Source: an uncultured Flavobacteriales bacterium | GTDB taxonomy: Bacteria > Bacteroidota > Bacteroidia > Flavobacteriales_F > PHOS-HE28 | Direction of reading: 5' to 3' | DNA length: 64,000 nt | Assembly: GCA_963814325.1 (NCBI GenBank) | Contig: CAWFCK010000017.1 | Location: 140,021 to 204,020 of the forward strand | In this document: positions 27,479 through 37,632 of the stretch, piece by piece | Layout: every line of letters begins with the position of its first letter | Numbering within the stretch: the stretch's first letter is position 1 | The notes under the pieces: generated by a model | What the model was told of the DNA's origin: nothing | The model's input: only the letters and a program-made list of their open reading frames with translations | The model's database searches: none | Made by a program: the position numbers and the translations under genes

Positions 27479-28550
27479 ATGCGCATGGCCACTGACGGAA
27501 AGCCTGTCAAAGGGCGGGGCGCTCAGGAGCAGGTGCGCAACCGCTTCCAGCAACACAGCTATGGTGTGGTGCACTGGGAGGGCATCGATGAACTTGATGA
27601 GGAGGTGGGGGCCACGCGGTATGTGGTGGAAACGGCGCGCAGCATCGTGAACGAGGTGAATGCGCCCGACCTGTCATTCAAGTGGAGCATGAACCCCTAT
27701 CAGGGCTGTGAGCACGGTTGCGCTTACTGCTATGCCCGTCCAACGCACGAATACTGGGGCTACAGTGCCGGCCTGGATTTCGAGCGCGTGATCCTGATGA
27801 AACGCAATGCCCCGGAACTGCTCGAGGCGAGGCTTCGCTCCCGCTCGTGGGTGCCGGATACCATCATGCTGAGCGGCAACACGGATTGTTACCAGCCCAT
27901 GGAGCGCAAGGAAGGCATCACCCGCCGGTTGCTGGAGGTCCTGCAGCGCTTCCGGAACCCGGTGGGCATCATCACCAAGAACGCCTTGGTGCTCCGCGAC
28001 CTCGATATTCTGCGCGAAATGGCCGCGGAGGGACTTGCCCACGTGGCCATCAGCATCACCACGTTGGATGAGGACCTGCGTCGTGTAATGGAGCCGCGTA
28101 CCAGCACGGCCGCCCATCGACTGCGCGCGATGGAAACGCTCAGCCAGGCGGGTGTACCCACGATGGTGATGGTGGCCCCTATCATCCCTGGGCTCAACGA
28201 CAAGGACATCCCGGCGGTGTTGAAGGCTGCGGCGGATGCAGGCGCACGTGCTGCGGGTTACACGGTCGTTCGCACGAACGGGGCAGTAGCACCGGTGTTC
28301 GAAAGCTGGCTGCGCACCCATTATCCGGACCGGGCGGATAAAGTGCTGATGCAGATCCGCGAACTGCATGGTGGCCAGGTGGAGGATACCAAAAGCGGGA
28401 GGCGCATGCGCGGGGAGGGGGTGCACGCTGGAAGCATCAACAGGCTGTTCAAGGTGATGCGGTCCCGGTATTTCCATGGTCGATTCACTGCCCACCCTCG
28501 ACACTACCCGGTTCCGGGTACCACCGTCCGGACAGCTCGATCTATTCTAG
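27479..28550 (+). pseudogene. PA0069-family radical SAM protein, C-terminal frameshift (possibly an assembly error)
   Basis: Cluster motif CEHGCAYCYARPTHEYWG. The ORF as given runs to 28585, but the family-typical C-terminus PTLDTTRFRVPPSGQLDLF-stop (TAG 28548-28550) lies one frame over. The switch is between 28458 and 28490. Confidence 0.8.
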
Positions 28551-28631
28551 TACCCAGGCGCCCCCGAACGCCCATATGCGCCTAGGCACGAAGCACCAGC
28601 CCCACCTTACAGCCTTCAACGAATGCCATGA

Positions 28632-29791
28632 TATGCTCGATCAAACCACCCAGCGACACCGTATCGAAGGACGTTCCAGGCACCTACCGACGTCGCCAAC
28701 AACTATGGCACACGTATGCGTGGATACATCATCGCCCCAAGCACCGGCAACTACGTGTTCACGGTAGTTTCCGATGATGCCTCCGAAGTGTATCTGAGCC
28801 TGAATGCGGACCCGGTGTACAAACGATCGATATGCCTCGTTCCAGGCTGGACCAATGTGGGTGAATTCAACAAGTATCCTTCACAGACGAGTGTGACGAT
28901 CCCGCTTGTTGCCGGTCGATATTACTACGTGGAAGTGCTCCACAAGGAAGGGTCGGGTGGTGATCACCTTGCGCTGTACTGGCAGACACCAACGAACGGC
29001 ACGCGCACGATCATCCCCGGAAGTGCGCTGGCACGGTGGCAGGATTGTTCCCCAGTGTGGTGATGCGCGCGGAACTGCAAGGCGCATTCAATGCGGCGAA
29101 CAACCTGATGCGTGATGATCTGCGGGCGGCAGGCCTGATCCCCACAACAGAACCATTCACGGCGCTGGGCTTCACCCATGCCGGTGGGGGCGGGGGCGAA
29201 ACCGTATCTCCGGCCATGTTGGCCAATACCGGAATGAACGCAGTGGTGGACTGGGTGCTGATCGAGCTTCGGAACAAGAACAGCCCCTCGACCATCGTTG
29301 CCACGCGCAGCGCCTTCATCCAGCGTGATGGCGATGTGGTGGGCACCAATGGCAGCAACCGGATCCTGTTCAATTTTCCCGCCGATAATTACTACGTGGC
29401 CTTGCGCCATAGGAATCATCTGGGTGTGATGACCGCTACGAGCGTGCCGTTCAGCGCCTCGGCGACAAGCGTTGACCTGATAAGCGCGGATGCCGCCATC
29501 TATGGCGTCAACGCGCGGTCGATCCTCACGTCCTCACGGATGGGCCTATGGAGCGGCAATACCTATCGCGATGGTCAGGTGAAATACACCGGTTCGAACA
29601 ACGACCGCGATCCCGTCCTGGTGCAAGTGGGAAGTACCACTCCGAACAACCAGACCAGTGGCTATTCCCTGAACGACACCAACCTGGATGGCCTGGTGCG
29701 TTATACCGGATCGAGCAACGATCGGGACCTGATCCTGCAGATTGTGGGGGGAACCACCCCGAACAATAGCCGTGTGGAACAATTGCCCTGA
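28632..29791 (+). pseudogene. 5'-truncated paralog fragment: PA14 domain plus QLP-ending C-terminal module; no start codon or signal peptide, one frameshift
   Basis: The frame opens after the TGA at 28629-28631, inside the PA14 lead-in (NHPATPYRRTFQAPTDVANNYGTRMRGYIIAPSTGNYVFTVVSDDASEVYLS..YYYVEVLHKEGSGGDHLALYWQTP). It switches at the C4 run 29050-29053 into ..MRAELQGAFNAANNLMRDDL... and ends in EQLP. It aligns with residues encoded at about 32790-33947. Confidence 0.75.
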
Positions 29792-29812
29792 TCTGCGGGG
29801 CATTCGGGATGA

Positions 29813-30082
29813 TCAGCGGCGGATCGCGAAACCGCTGAATCCGACGATCGGTCCTGCATTGGCGATCACCTTATCCACGCGGGCCGAAGGAGGCCCGGTC
29901 CTGCACCAAGTGGCCAAGGCGTCGAGCGCTTCCTCAGGCCCTTCAGCCTCGATCGCTACCGAACCGTCCGGTTCATTCATCGTATAACCGCTCAGACCCA
30001 GTTCGCGTGCGACCTGCACCGTGCTCTGGCGATAGTTCACGCCTTGAACCTTTCCTATGACGCGTATGTTCCAGTGTTGCAT
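29813..30082 (-). CDS. acyP: Acylphosphatase
   Basis: ATG 30082 gives a 90-aa protein with the motif VIGKVQGVNYRQSTVQVARELGLSGYTMNEPDGSV. Confidence 0.85.
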   Translation of the reverse strand: MQHWNIRVIGKVQGVNYRQSTVQVARELGLSGYTMNEPDGSVAIEAEGPEEALDALATWCRTGPPSARVDKVIANAGPIVGFSGFAIRR

Positions 30083-30219
30083 GTTACCCACAGTGATCGA
30101 CGATCGGCGCCAAGTTTGTACCAATACCCTATCAAAAGCCGATCCGCTGTGACAAAAGTCATCCTAAAGGGTGGTGATGGCATTGTTGCGAAAGGATAAT
30201 TTTGACAGACCACTTAAGT

Positions 30220-33200
30220 ATGCTTCGCGCCCGTCCTGACCCTCTCCGATCATGGTTGCATTTCGTTCTGAACGGACTGCTGTTGGCCTTGTTCACGTTC
30301 ATGGTCCCTGGAAATGACCTGAAGGGGCAAGTGCCTTCAGGCTTCAGCAACGCCCAGATCATGAACGGCTTTCAAGAACCCGTCGGGTTCACCTTTGATG
30401 TAAATGGTCGTTGGTATGTGTGGGAGAAGCGCGGCAAGGTGTGGATCGTGGAGAACGGTGTTCGACGCTCACAGCCCTTGATCGACATCAGCGAGGAGGT
30501 GGGCAACTGGCGCGACCACGGGTGTTTGGGATTCGCTTTGGACCCGAATTTTCTCATCAATGGCAGGATCTACCTGATGTACACGGTGGATCGCCACCAT
30601 CTGATGAACTTCGGTACGGGGAATTACAACGCGAACGCCGACCAGTATTTTGCGGCCACGGTCATGCGCATCACGCGCTACACGGCCACAGGACCAAACT
30701 TTAATTCGGTCGATCCAGCGAGCCGCTTCATCCTATTAGGGGAAACACCACAGACCGGTGCACCCATGTTACATGAATCGCACAGCACAGGTCAACTCGT
30801 GTTCGGAACCGATGGCACCCTGCTCGCCGGAATGGGTGATGCAGCGGATTACGGGGTCGTGGATATCGGGAGCGATCCCAGCACGTATTACGCTCAGGCG
30901 TTGCTCGATGGGATCATTACGCCCGCCGAGAACATCGGTGCGATGCGGTCTCAGATGGTCAATTGCCTCAACGGAAAGATCCTCCGATTGGATCCGAACA
31001 CGGGGGATGGAATTCCCTCGAATCCGTTCTACGATGCGCTGGAGCCCCGGGCCCCGCGAAGTCGCGTATGGGCGCTGGGACTGCGCAATCCCTACCGGAT
31101 GAAGTTGCGGCCCGGGACGGGAAGTGCCGATCCCGCGCAGGCGGATCCCGGGGTGCTCTACATGGGGGACGTGGGCATGGCCGGTTGGGAGGAGTTGAAT
31201 GTTTGCACGGAAGGAGGTGAGAACTTCGGATGGCCGCTGTTCGAGGGCATGGAGGCGAACGTGGGATATATGTCCGCTCTGGTCCCGAACGTCGACGCGC
31301 CAAATCCGCGCTTCGGGCAGGACGGATGTACGCAACAGTACTTCTATTATCAGGATCTGCTCGTGCAGGACAGCCCGATCCACCTGAACGCGCACCCCAA
31401 TCCATGCGACGCCGGTCTGCAGGTACCGGTGAACATCCCAACGTTCTTCCACCATCGGCCAGAGATCGATTGGCAACATGTAACCGCAGCCGATCCGGGG
31501 GATTTGACGGGAACACAGCGGTGACCTTCGACCTGGACGCCCCGGGCGCGCCGGTCACCGGACCGCGTTTTGGGGGCAATGCTTCCTTGGGAGGTACATG
31601 GATCAGTGGCATCGGATGGCCCCTCGGTTATCAGGACGTCTACATGCACGGCGATTATGGTCAGGGATGGGTGAAACGGTTCAACTTCAATGAAGTGGAC
31701 GAGCCGGTGTCGGTCGCGAACTTCGCGTCCACACTTGGCGGTATTGTGCATATGGAGGAGGGTCCTGATGGTGCGCTCTGGTATGTCCGCTATGAAGCGA
31801 ACGCCATCTGGAAGATCTCACCTATCGGCGTCACCAACCTTCCGCCCATCGCCATGGCCGACCAGTCGGTGCAGTATGGCCCCGGCCCGCTGACCGTGAA
31901 TTTCAGTGCTGCCGGCAGCTCGGATCCCGAGAACGGGGCGCTGACCTACTCGTGGAATTTTGGGGACGGGAATACCGGCTCAGGATACAGCGTGCAGCAC
32001 ACCTTCACCGCAACTCCGGGCGTTCCTACCAGCTATACGGTAACGCTCACGGCCACGGACCCGCAAGGGACCCAGAACACCCGCACATTGCTCGTGAGCG
32101 TGAACAATACGCCCCCGGTCGTGGCGATAACGAGCTTTCCGAACGGCCACCTTTACCCTCCCGGAGTGGATACCACGTATGCACTTCAGGCCAGTGTATC
32201 GGATGCTGAGCATCCGGCGGGGCAATTGACCTACTCGTGGCGCACGATCCTGCACCACAATAACCACGTACACCCGGAAGCGGAGAGCACCACGGCCACG
32301 GGAAGCACCATCATCAGCGGTGTCGGCTGTTATGGTGAGGACTTCAGCTTCGAGGTCGTGTTGACGGTGACGGATGGCGGTGGGCTCAGCACAACGGTCA
32401 CCAATTGGTTGTTTCCCCGGTGCGCGGCCATTGCACCCACCGCGGTGATATCTGCCAGTGCGTCCTTTGGCGTTGGTCCGTTGAGCGTGCAGCTGAATGG
32501 TGCAGGCAGCGTGGACAACGGGACCATCTCCGCTTATTCCTGGGACTTCGGCGACGGTACCACATCCACGGGTCCACAGATCACCAAGGTGTTCACCGCA
32601 GTGGGCGAGTATCAGGTCACGCTCACCGTAACGGACAATGACGGCCTAACGGGTCAGGTGACCAAGGTGATCACTGTACTGAATTCCCTGCCACCACAAT
32701 GCGTGGGTGCTGCGGGAAGCTTGCTGCGGCAATACTGGAACAACGTCCCGGGCAGCAGCGTGTCCAGTTTGATCAGTTCGCCGAATTATCCCAATGCGCC
32801 AACCGGCAGCCAACTACCTAACGACCTTCCAAGGGCCCATCGGCCTTCGGCAATACCTATGGCACCCGTGTGCGTGGTTACATACTTGCCCCTACCACGG
32901 GTAATTATGTCTTTCACGCTGACATCCGATGATGATGCCGTGGTGTATTTCTCCGCGAACGCCGACCCACTTTACAAGCAGGCGATCTGCAGTGTTTCAG
33001 GCTTCACCGAGCCGACCGAGTTCAACAAGTTCGCATCGCAGACCAGCGCTTCCGTTCCGCTGGTGGCCGGCAGGTATTACTACATCGAGCTGTTGCATAA
33101 AGAGGGATCAGGCTCCGACCACTTTGCCGTGTGGTGGCAAACGCCGGCTAATTCCACGCGGACCATCATTCCTTCAGCCTCGCTGGTGGCGTGGCAGGAC

Positions 33201-33947
33201 TGCATGCCCAGCATTGAGCTGCGTGCTTACCTGAAAGGCCCCTTCAACCTGTCGAACAACCTGATGAGCGACAACCTCCGCGCTGCTTCCTTGCTGCCGG
33301 GCACGGAGCCTTTCACGGCCTTGGGCTTTACACAGACCGGCGGCGGGGGAGGGGAGACCGTATCGCCAGCAACACTGGCCGTAACGGGCAAGAATGCCGT
33401 GGTGGACTGGGTGCTCGTGGAATTGCGCGACAAGAACACGCCAGCGACCATCGTGGCCACGCGCTCAGCGCTGTTGCAGCGCGATGGTGACATCGTTGGC
33501 ACGGACGGTTATTCGCGGTTGCTGTTCAACGTGCCTGTGGACAATTACTACGTGGCCGTGCGCCACCGGAATCACTTGGGGGTGATGACGGCGGGAAGTA
33601 TTGCACTCGGGCCCTTGGTGGCAGATCTGGACTTTACCAGGACCACCACAGCGACATATGGCCTGAACGCTCGCGTGCTCCTCAACTCCGGAAGGATGGC
33701 CTTATGGTCCGGTAACGTTGTACGGGATGCTCTGTTGAAGTATACGGGCCAGAGCAATGATCGTGATCCGGTTCTGTCGCAGGTAGGCTCGTCCATGCCG
33801 ACCAATACGGTGAGCGGTTACGTTCTGTCGGACGTGAATCTTGATGGCGTGGTGAAATACACCGGTATGAACAACGACCGCGATCCGATCATTGTGAACC
33901 TGGGCGGCAATACGCCGAACGGGACCCGCTCGGAGCAACTTCCCTGA
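30220..33947 (+). pseudogene. Large secreted protein: PQQ-type sugar dehydrogenase beta-propeller, 2 PKD domains, PA14 and the QLP-ending module; at least 4 frame disturbances
   Basis: ORFs 30202-31524 and 31230-33947 join at the G5 run 31497-31501 (..EIDWQHVTAADPG|GFDGNTAVTFDL..). GSDH blocks: DHGCLGFALDPNF, GENFGWPLFEG. PKD blocks: PLTVNFSAAGSSDPENGALTYSWNFGDG, SAYSWDFGDGTT. In the PA14 lead-in (32808-32916) about 35 codons are read out of frame although the ORF stays open. Confidence 0.8.
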
Positions 33948-34277
33948 TGCGGAAGCTTGCGTGACACGCCGTTCAAGCACGTGAACTTCTGCGCAATTCC
34001 TTCACATCCGGTACTGGCGATCGCGGAACAGTGGCAGGCTGCAAGGGACATCGCGCGAAGCATTTCACCTGTGCGGGCGTCGATGATGCGGGTGAGGCAT
34101 TTGTCGTGCGTGCGCTGGGCATAGCGCTTTCCAACGGTGGCCATGGGCTGTGTTTGAGGGGAGCGAAGTTCCTGGGCCATACAGGCCAGGGCCATACCCC
34201 GATCAGCGTATCCTATCAGGAGGTTGCGAACAGGGCAACGTTCGATCCCATGTTGGGATGCGGATACCTTTGGCCGC

Positions 34278-34928
34278 ATGCGAGAGCGCACTGTCTCCAT
34301 CTTCCTGATGACCACCATCGGTGTGATCAGCGTGCCGTTCGTGTTCACCCTGGCCATGGGTCATGTTGAGCTGCATATGGCCATTAACCGCTGGGTGAAC
34401 CCGGCCCTGAACGGGATCTTCGCGCACGGCACCCACCTGGCGGACGGGCTTGTACCCACCGCCATTTCGCTGGGCTTCCTGTTCGCTAGGTGGCGCTGGT
34501 TCCTGATGATGGCCGTGTCCGTTACAGGGAGCTCGGTCATTATCCAACTCCTCAAGCACCTGGTGTTCGGCTGGGTGGATCGACCTTTCTTATGGGTGGG
34601 TCATCTATCGGGTTTCAATCAGGTCCCCGGTGTGGACATGTACATGCACAACAGCTTTCCCAGCGGGCACAGCACATGCGCATTCAGCATGTGCATGGCC
34701 CTCGCCGTGATCATCGGCCGTCCGAGCGGGGCTGCGGCCTGGGCGTTATTGGCGGCCCTGCTTGCTTTTTCGCGCGTGTACCTGTCCCAGCATTTTGTTG
34801 AGGACGCTGTCACAGGAGCGGCCATCGGCACCATCACGGCGTGGGTGACCTACCGTTGGCTGTATGTGTCCCCGTTCAGCCGGAAAGGCTGGCTCGAACG
34901 CTCGCTGGTGCGCCGTCAGAACCAATAA
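34278..34928 (+). CDS. PAP2-family phosphatase (membrane)
   Basis: ORF 34224-34928; ATG 34278. PAP2 signature motifs are FPSGHSTCAF and SRVYLSQHFVEDAVTGAAIG. About 6 TM helices. Confidence 0.82.
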   Translation: MRERTVSIFLMTTIGVISVPFVFTLAMGHVELHMAINRWVNPALNGIFAHGTHLADGLVPTAISLGFLFARWRWFLMMAVSVTGSSVIIQLLKHLVFGWVDRPFLWVGHLSGFNQVPGVDMYMHNSFPSGHSTCAFSMCMALAVIIGRPSGAAAWALLAALLAFSRVYLSQHFVEDAVTGAAIGTITAWVTYRWLYVSPFSRKGWLERSLVRRQNQ

Positions 34929-35410
34929 CGGCCACCGATCGCGGCGTCCATCTCGAACCAAGTGCTCGGGGTCAGGTCCAGCGTGGGCACTACTTCCAGG
35001 AACACATCCACCGGTGCGCCATCGAACCAATAGGCCAGGCCCACAGGAAAGCGGATGGCCAGATCGGCACGGGATGACCGGTCCTCATAGTACCATCGCC
35101 CCTTTTTCCAATAGCGGCCTTCGTTCCAGAAGCGCATCCGGAGGCCTGGTCCGTAGTACAGCGGCAGGCGCCCCTTACCCACCTTGATCAGGTCGGGTTT
35201 GTGGAATAACAGGTCGCCGTGCAAGTGGAAAGCCGAGCCGTGCCAGAGCGACCAGGCGATGGCCCCGTCGATGGCTTTATTACCACCGATCCAGCCTTTC
35301 ATGGAAATACCGGTCGGCTCCCCAACAATGATCCCCAGGCCGAAGCCCTTGTCCTGCGCCGAAGCGGCAAGGGTAGCGGTCAGTAACAGAGGGAGTAGGA
35401 GTGCGCGCAT
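34916..35410 (-). CDS. Small outer-membrane beta-barrel-like hypothetical protein
   Basis: Signal peptide MRALLLPLLLTATLAASAQ. Gly/aromatic-rich beta strands, with the C-terminus ..GGRYWF. Confidence 0.6.
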   Translation of the reverse strand: MRALLLPLLLTATLAASAQDKGFGLGIIVGEPTGISMKGWIGGNKAIDGAIAWSLWHGSAFHLHGDLLFHKPDLIKVGKGRLPLYYGPGLRMRFWNEGRYWKKGRWYYEDRSSRADLAIRFPVGLAYWFDGAPVDVFLEVVPTLDLTPSTWFEMDAAIGGRYWF

Positions 35411-35681
35411 GGTGGGGGATAGTGCAGCGTTCTACGGACTTTCCGGCGAAAAGATCGCAACGAACGGGCCTTTATTGCATGACGAAGGGCGCCTTTCAGC
35501 GCCCTCCGCAACGGCTCACAGTGGATCTCTCCCTTCCACAGCTTGCCGAAGCTTTTATTGTAGACGGCACAAATGTCCCAGGGTCACAGGTGGTGATAAA
35601 ATATTTTCGGACGAAGCAGGACCAAGGGTTAGATGACCCCGTACGAATACCGAACTGTAGCAAAAGTTCGAAAACCGGGGT

Positions 35682-36848
35682 TCAGGGAGCCGTGGGCTTC
35701 GTGTAGCTGATGCGGTAGACCTTGTCAGCCGCGTCATCGCTGACCAAAAGCGAGCCGTCGGGCAATTCCAGCACATCCACTGGCCTGCCTCCGGCGGCCG
35801 TTCCTTTCAGCCAGCCTTCGGCAAACACCTCATGGAGGGCGGTACCATCCGGTTGTGGGAAGGCGACTACGACCCGGTAACCAATGGGCGTACTGCGGTT
35901 CCAGCTGCCGTGCTCAGCGATGAACATGGCGCCCCGGTAACGCTCGGGGAACATGTTTCCGCGGTAGAAACGCATTCCGAGCGGTGCCACATGGGGGCCG
36001 AGTTTGGCGGCGGGCACCTTGAATTCGTTGCAGCTGCGGCCTTTGCCGAACTCTGGGTCCAGCGTATCGCCCTGGTGGCAGAAGGGATAACCGAAATGTT
36101 CGCCACGGTGGTTCAGGTGGTTCAACTCGCAGCTGGGCATGTCGTTGCCCATCATATCCCGACCGTTCTCCGTGAACCAGAGCGTGCCATCACGCGGATC
36201 CCAGTCGAATCCGACGCTGTTCCGGACCCCGTGCGCCTCGATCCGCAGGTCGGTGCCATCGGGCTTGATCGAAGCGATACTGGCGTAAATACTGTCCGCG
36301 CTGAGGCAGATGTTGCACGGCGCGCCCACCGGTACATACAGGCGCCCTTCCGGTCCGAAAGCGATGAACTTCCAGCCGTGATGCGTGGCCGTTGGGAACT
36401 TGTCGGTGACCACTTCGGTCGCGGGCGGGTCCAGCAGGTGCTCATCGATGTTACGCAGCACCACGATCCGGCTGACCGCCGAAATGAAGAGATCGCCGTT
36501 ATGCCAAGCGACACCTACGGGCATTTGTAGACCAGTGGCCACCACGATCACCGTGTCTGCCACGCCGTCCGCGTTCCTGTCAGGCATGGCATACACGGCA
36601 CCTTCATCCATGGAGCCGGCATACACAATGCCTTTCGGGCTCCACGCCATGGCGCGCACAGTCTTTACACCCGTGGCAAAATCACCGATACGGAAGCCTG
36701 CAGGAAGCTTGATCTCCGACACTTCCGTGGTTCCGCCAAGGATCGTGGGTTGGCAAACGCCGCAACAGAAGATCGGGATGAGCAGGAGGGTGGTTAATGT
36801 GTGACGCATGAGCAGAAAGGTAATCAGGAACAAAGAAGGGCGGAACAT
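35682..36848 (-). CDS. PQQ-dependent sugar (sorbosone/glucose-type) dehydrogenase family protein
   Basis: ORF 35682-36887. The start is uncertain (GTG 36887, ATG 36848 or ATG 36809). Blocks HHGWKFIAFGPEGRLYVPVGAPCNIC, VRNSVGFDWDP and GEHFGYPFCHQGD are present. Confidence 0.8.
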   Translation of the reverse strand: MFRPSLFLITFLLMRHTLTTLLLIPIFCCGVCQPTILGGTTEVSEIKLPAGFRIGDFATGVKTVRAMAWSPKGIVYAGSMDEGAVYAMPDRNADGVADTVIVVATGLQMPVGVAWHNGDLFISAVSRIVVLRNIDEHLLDPPATEVVTDKFPTATHHGWKFIAFGPEGRLYVPVGAPCNICLSADSIYASIASIKPDGTDLRIEAHGVRNSVGFDWDPRDGTLWFTENGRDMMGNDMPSCELNHLNHRGEHFGYPFCHQGDTLDPEFGKGRSCNEFKVPAAKLGPHVAPLGMRFYRGNMFPERYRGAMFIAEHGSWNRSTPIGYRVVVAFPQPDGTALHEVFAEGWLKGTAAGGRPVDVLELPDGSLLVSDDAADKVYRISYTKPTAP

Positions 36849-36883
36849 GCGTTCCGCCCTTCCGCATCGGCCATGGATGGTAT

Positions 36884-37495
36884 TCACTCGTCCTTCGTCA
36901 GGACAAGCTTGTCGTAGTGTTGGCGGCGCAATTTTCCACTGCTCGCGAAGAACCAGTCCTTCAGCCCGTAGTGATAGCCGCGACGCAAGCCGGTATGGTG
37001 TGTGCCGAGCAGGCCTTTTTTACTGCTGAGCTTCTGTAATGTCCGGGTCACATATTGCTCCACTTCGGGCTTCTTCACGGAGGGCTCGTTCGTGGCGGCC
37101 CATTTCACGGCGTGCTCCATGATCTCATCCTTGGGCATGAGCTTGCCGGAGGCCTTGATGGACCCGAGCACCATGCTGTCCCACGGGTTCAGTTCGCGCT
37201 CCGGGCGGACACGTTTCGGTGGGCGACCCGGTCCGCGTTTCGCCTTCTTCGGAGCGGTGGTGTTCTTGCGCGGCCTACCTGGACCTCGCTTGGGGCCAGG
37301 GTCGGCCTTGGCGGACTTCCGGGTGGACTTTACTGCTGGCTTTGCACTGGCCTTTGGCAGGCTGGTCAATGCACGTTTCAGATCTTTCAAAGCAATGCGG
37401 ACCTGATCGAGCTGGAACATTAATCGTCGGCGTTCCGAGCGATAGTGTACCAACAACTGGTCAATGTCCTTTTCCCCTAATCGTTTCTTGGCCAT
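36884..37495 (-). CDS. Hypothetical DNA-binding protein with two AT-hook motifs
   Basis: 203 aa. N-terminal coiled coil, a basic linker with PKRGPGRPRKN and KRGPGRPPKR (GRP-core AT hooks), and a C-terminal globular domain of about 95 aa. Preceded by an AT-rich 137-bp spacer. Confidence 0.65.
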   Translation of the reverse strand: MAKKRLGEKDIDQLLVHYRSERRRLMFQLDQVRIALKDLKRALTSLPKASAKPAVKSTRKSAKADPGPKRGPGRPRKNTTAPKKAKRGPGRPPKRVRPERELNPWDSMVLGSIKASGKLMPKDEIMEHAVKWAATNEPSVKKPEVEQYVTRTLQKLSSKKGLLGTHHTGLRRGYHYGLKDWFFASSGKLRRQHYDKLVLTKDE

Positions 37496-37632
37496 TGGAG
37501 CAATAGGTGTTTGGTTTGTTTAATACCTGCGGATGGGCGAATGTAAAAGACATCCTGATGAAATAATGACATAGCATATTCTTACGTGCCAAAGGCCCGT
37601 CCCGCGAACATGGGACGAAAATGGTTCGACGG

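Noticed and set aside
28716-29063. ORF 28716-29063 (ATG start) as an independent intact PA14-only gene.
   Set aside because: The homologous frame is open upstream to 32 codons before this ATG. It continues, after one C-run indel, into the QLP module, so this is a fragment of a larger paralog rather than a stand-alone gene.
35480-35510. The hairpin GGGCGC-CTTTCA-GCGCCC as a terminator of the PQQ-dehydrogenase gene, and the AAAATATTTT palindrome at 35598-35607 as a promoter element.
   Set aside because: No U/T tract follows the hairpin on either strand. The palindrome only loosely resembles the Bacteroidota -7 box and faces no gene. The evidence is insufficient.
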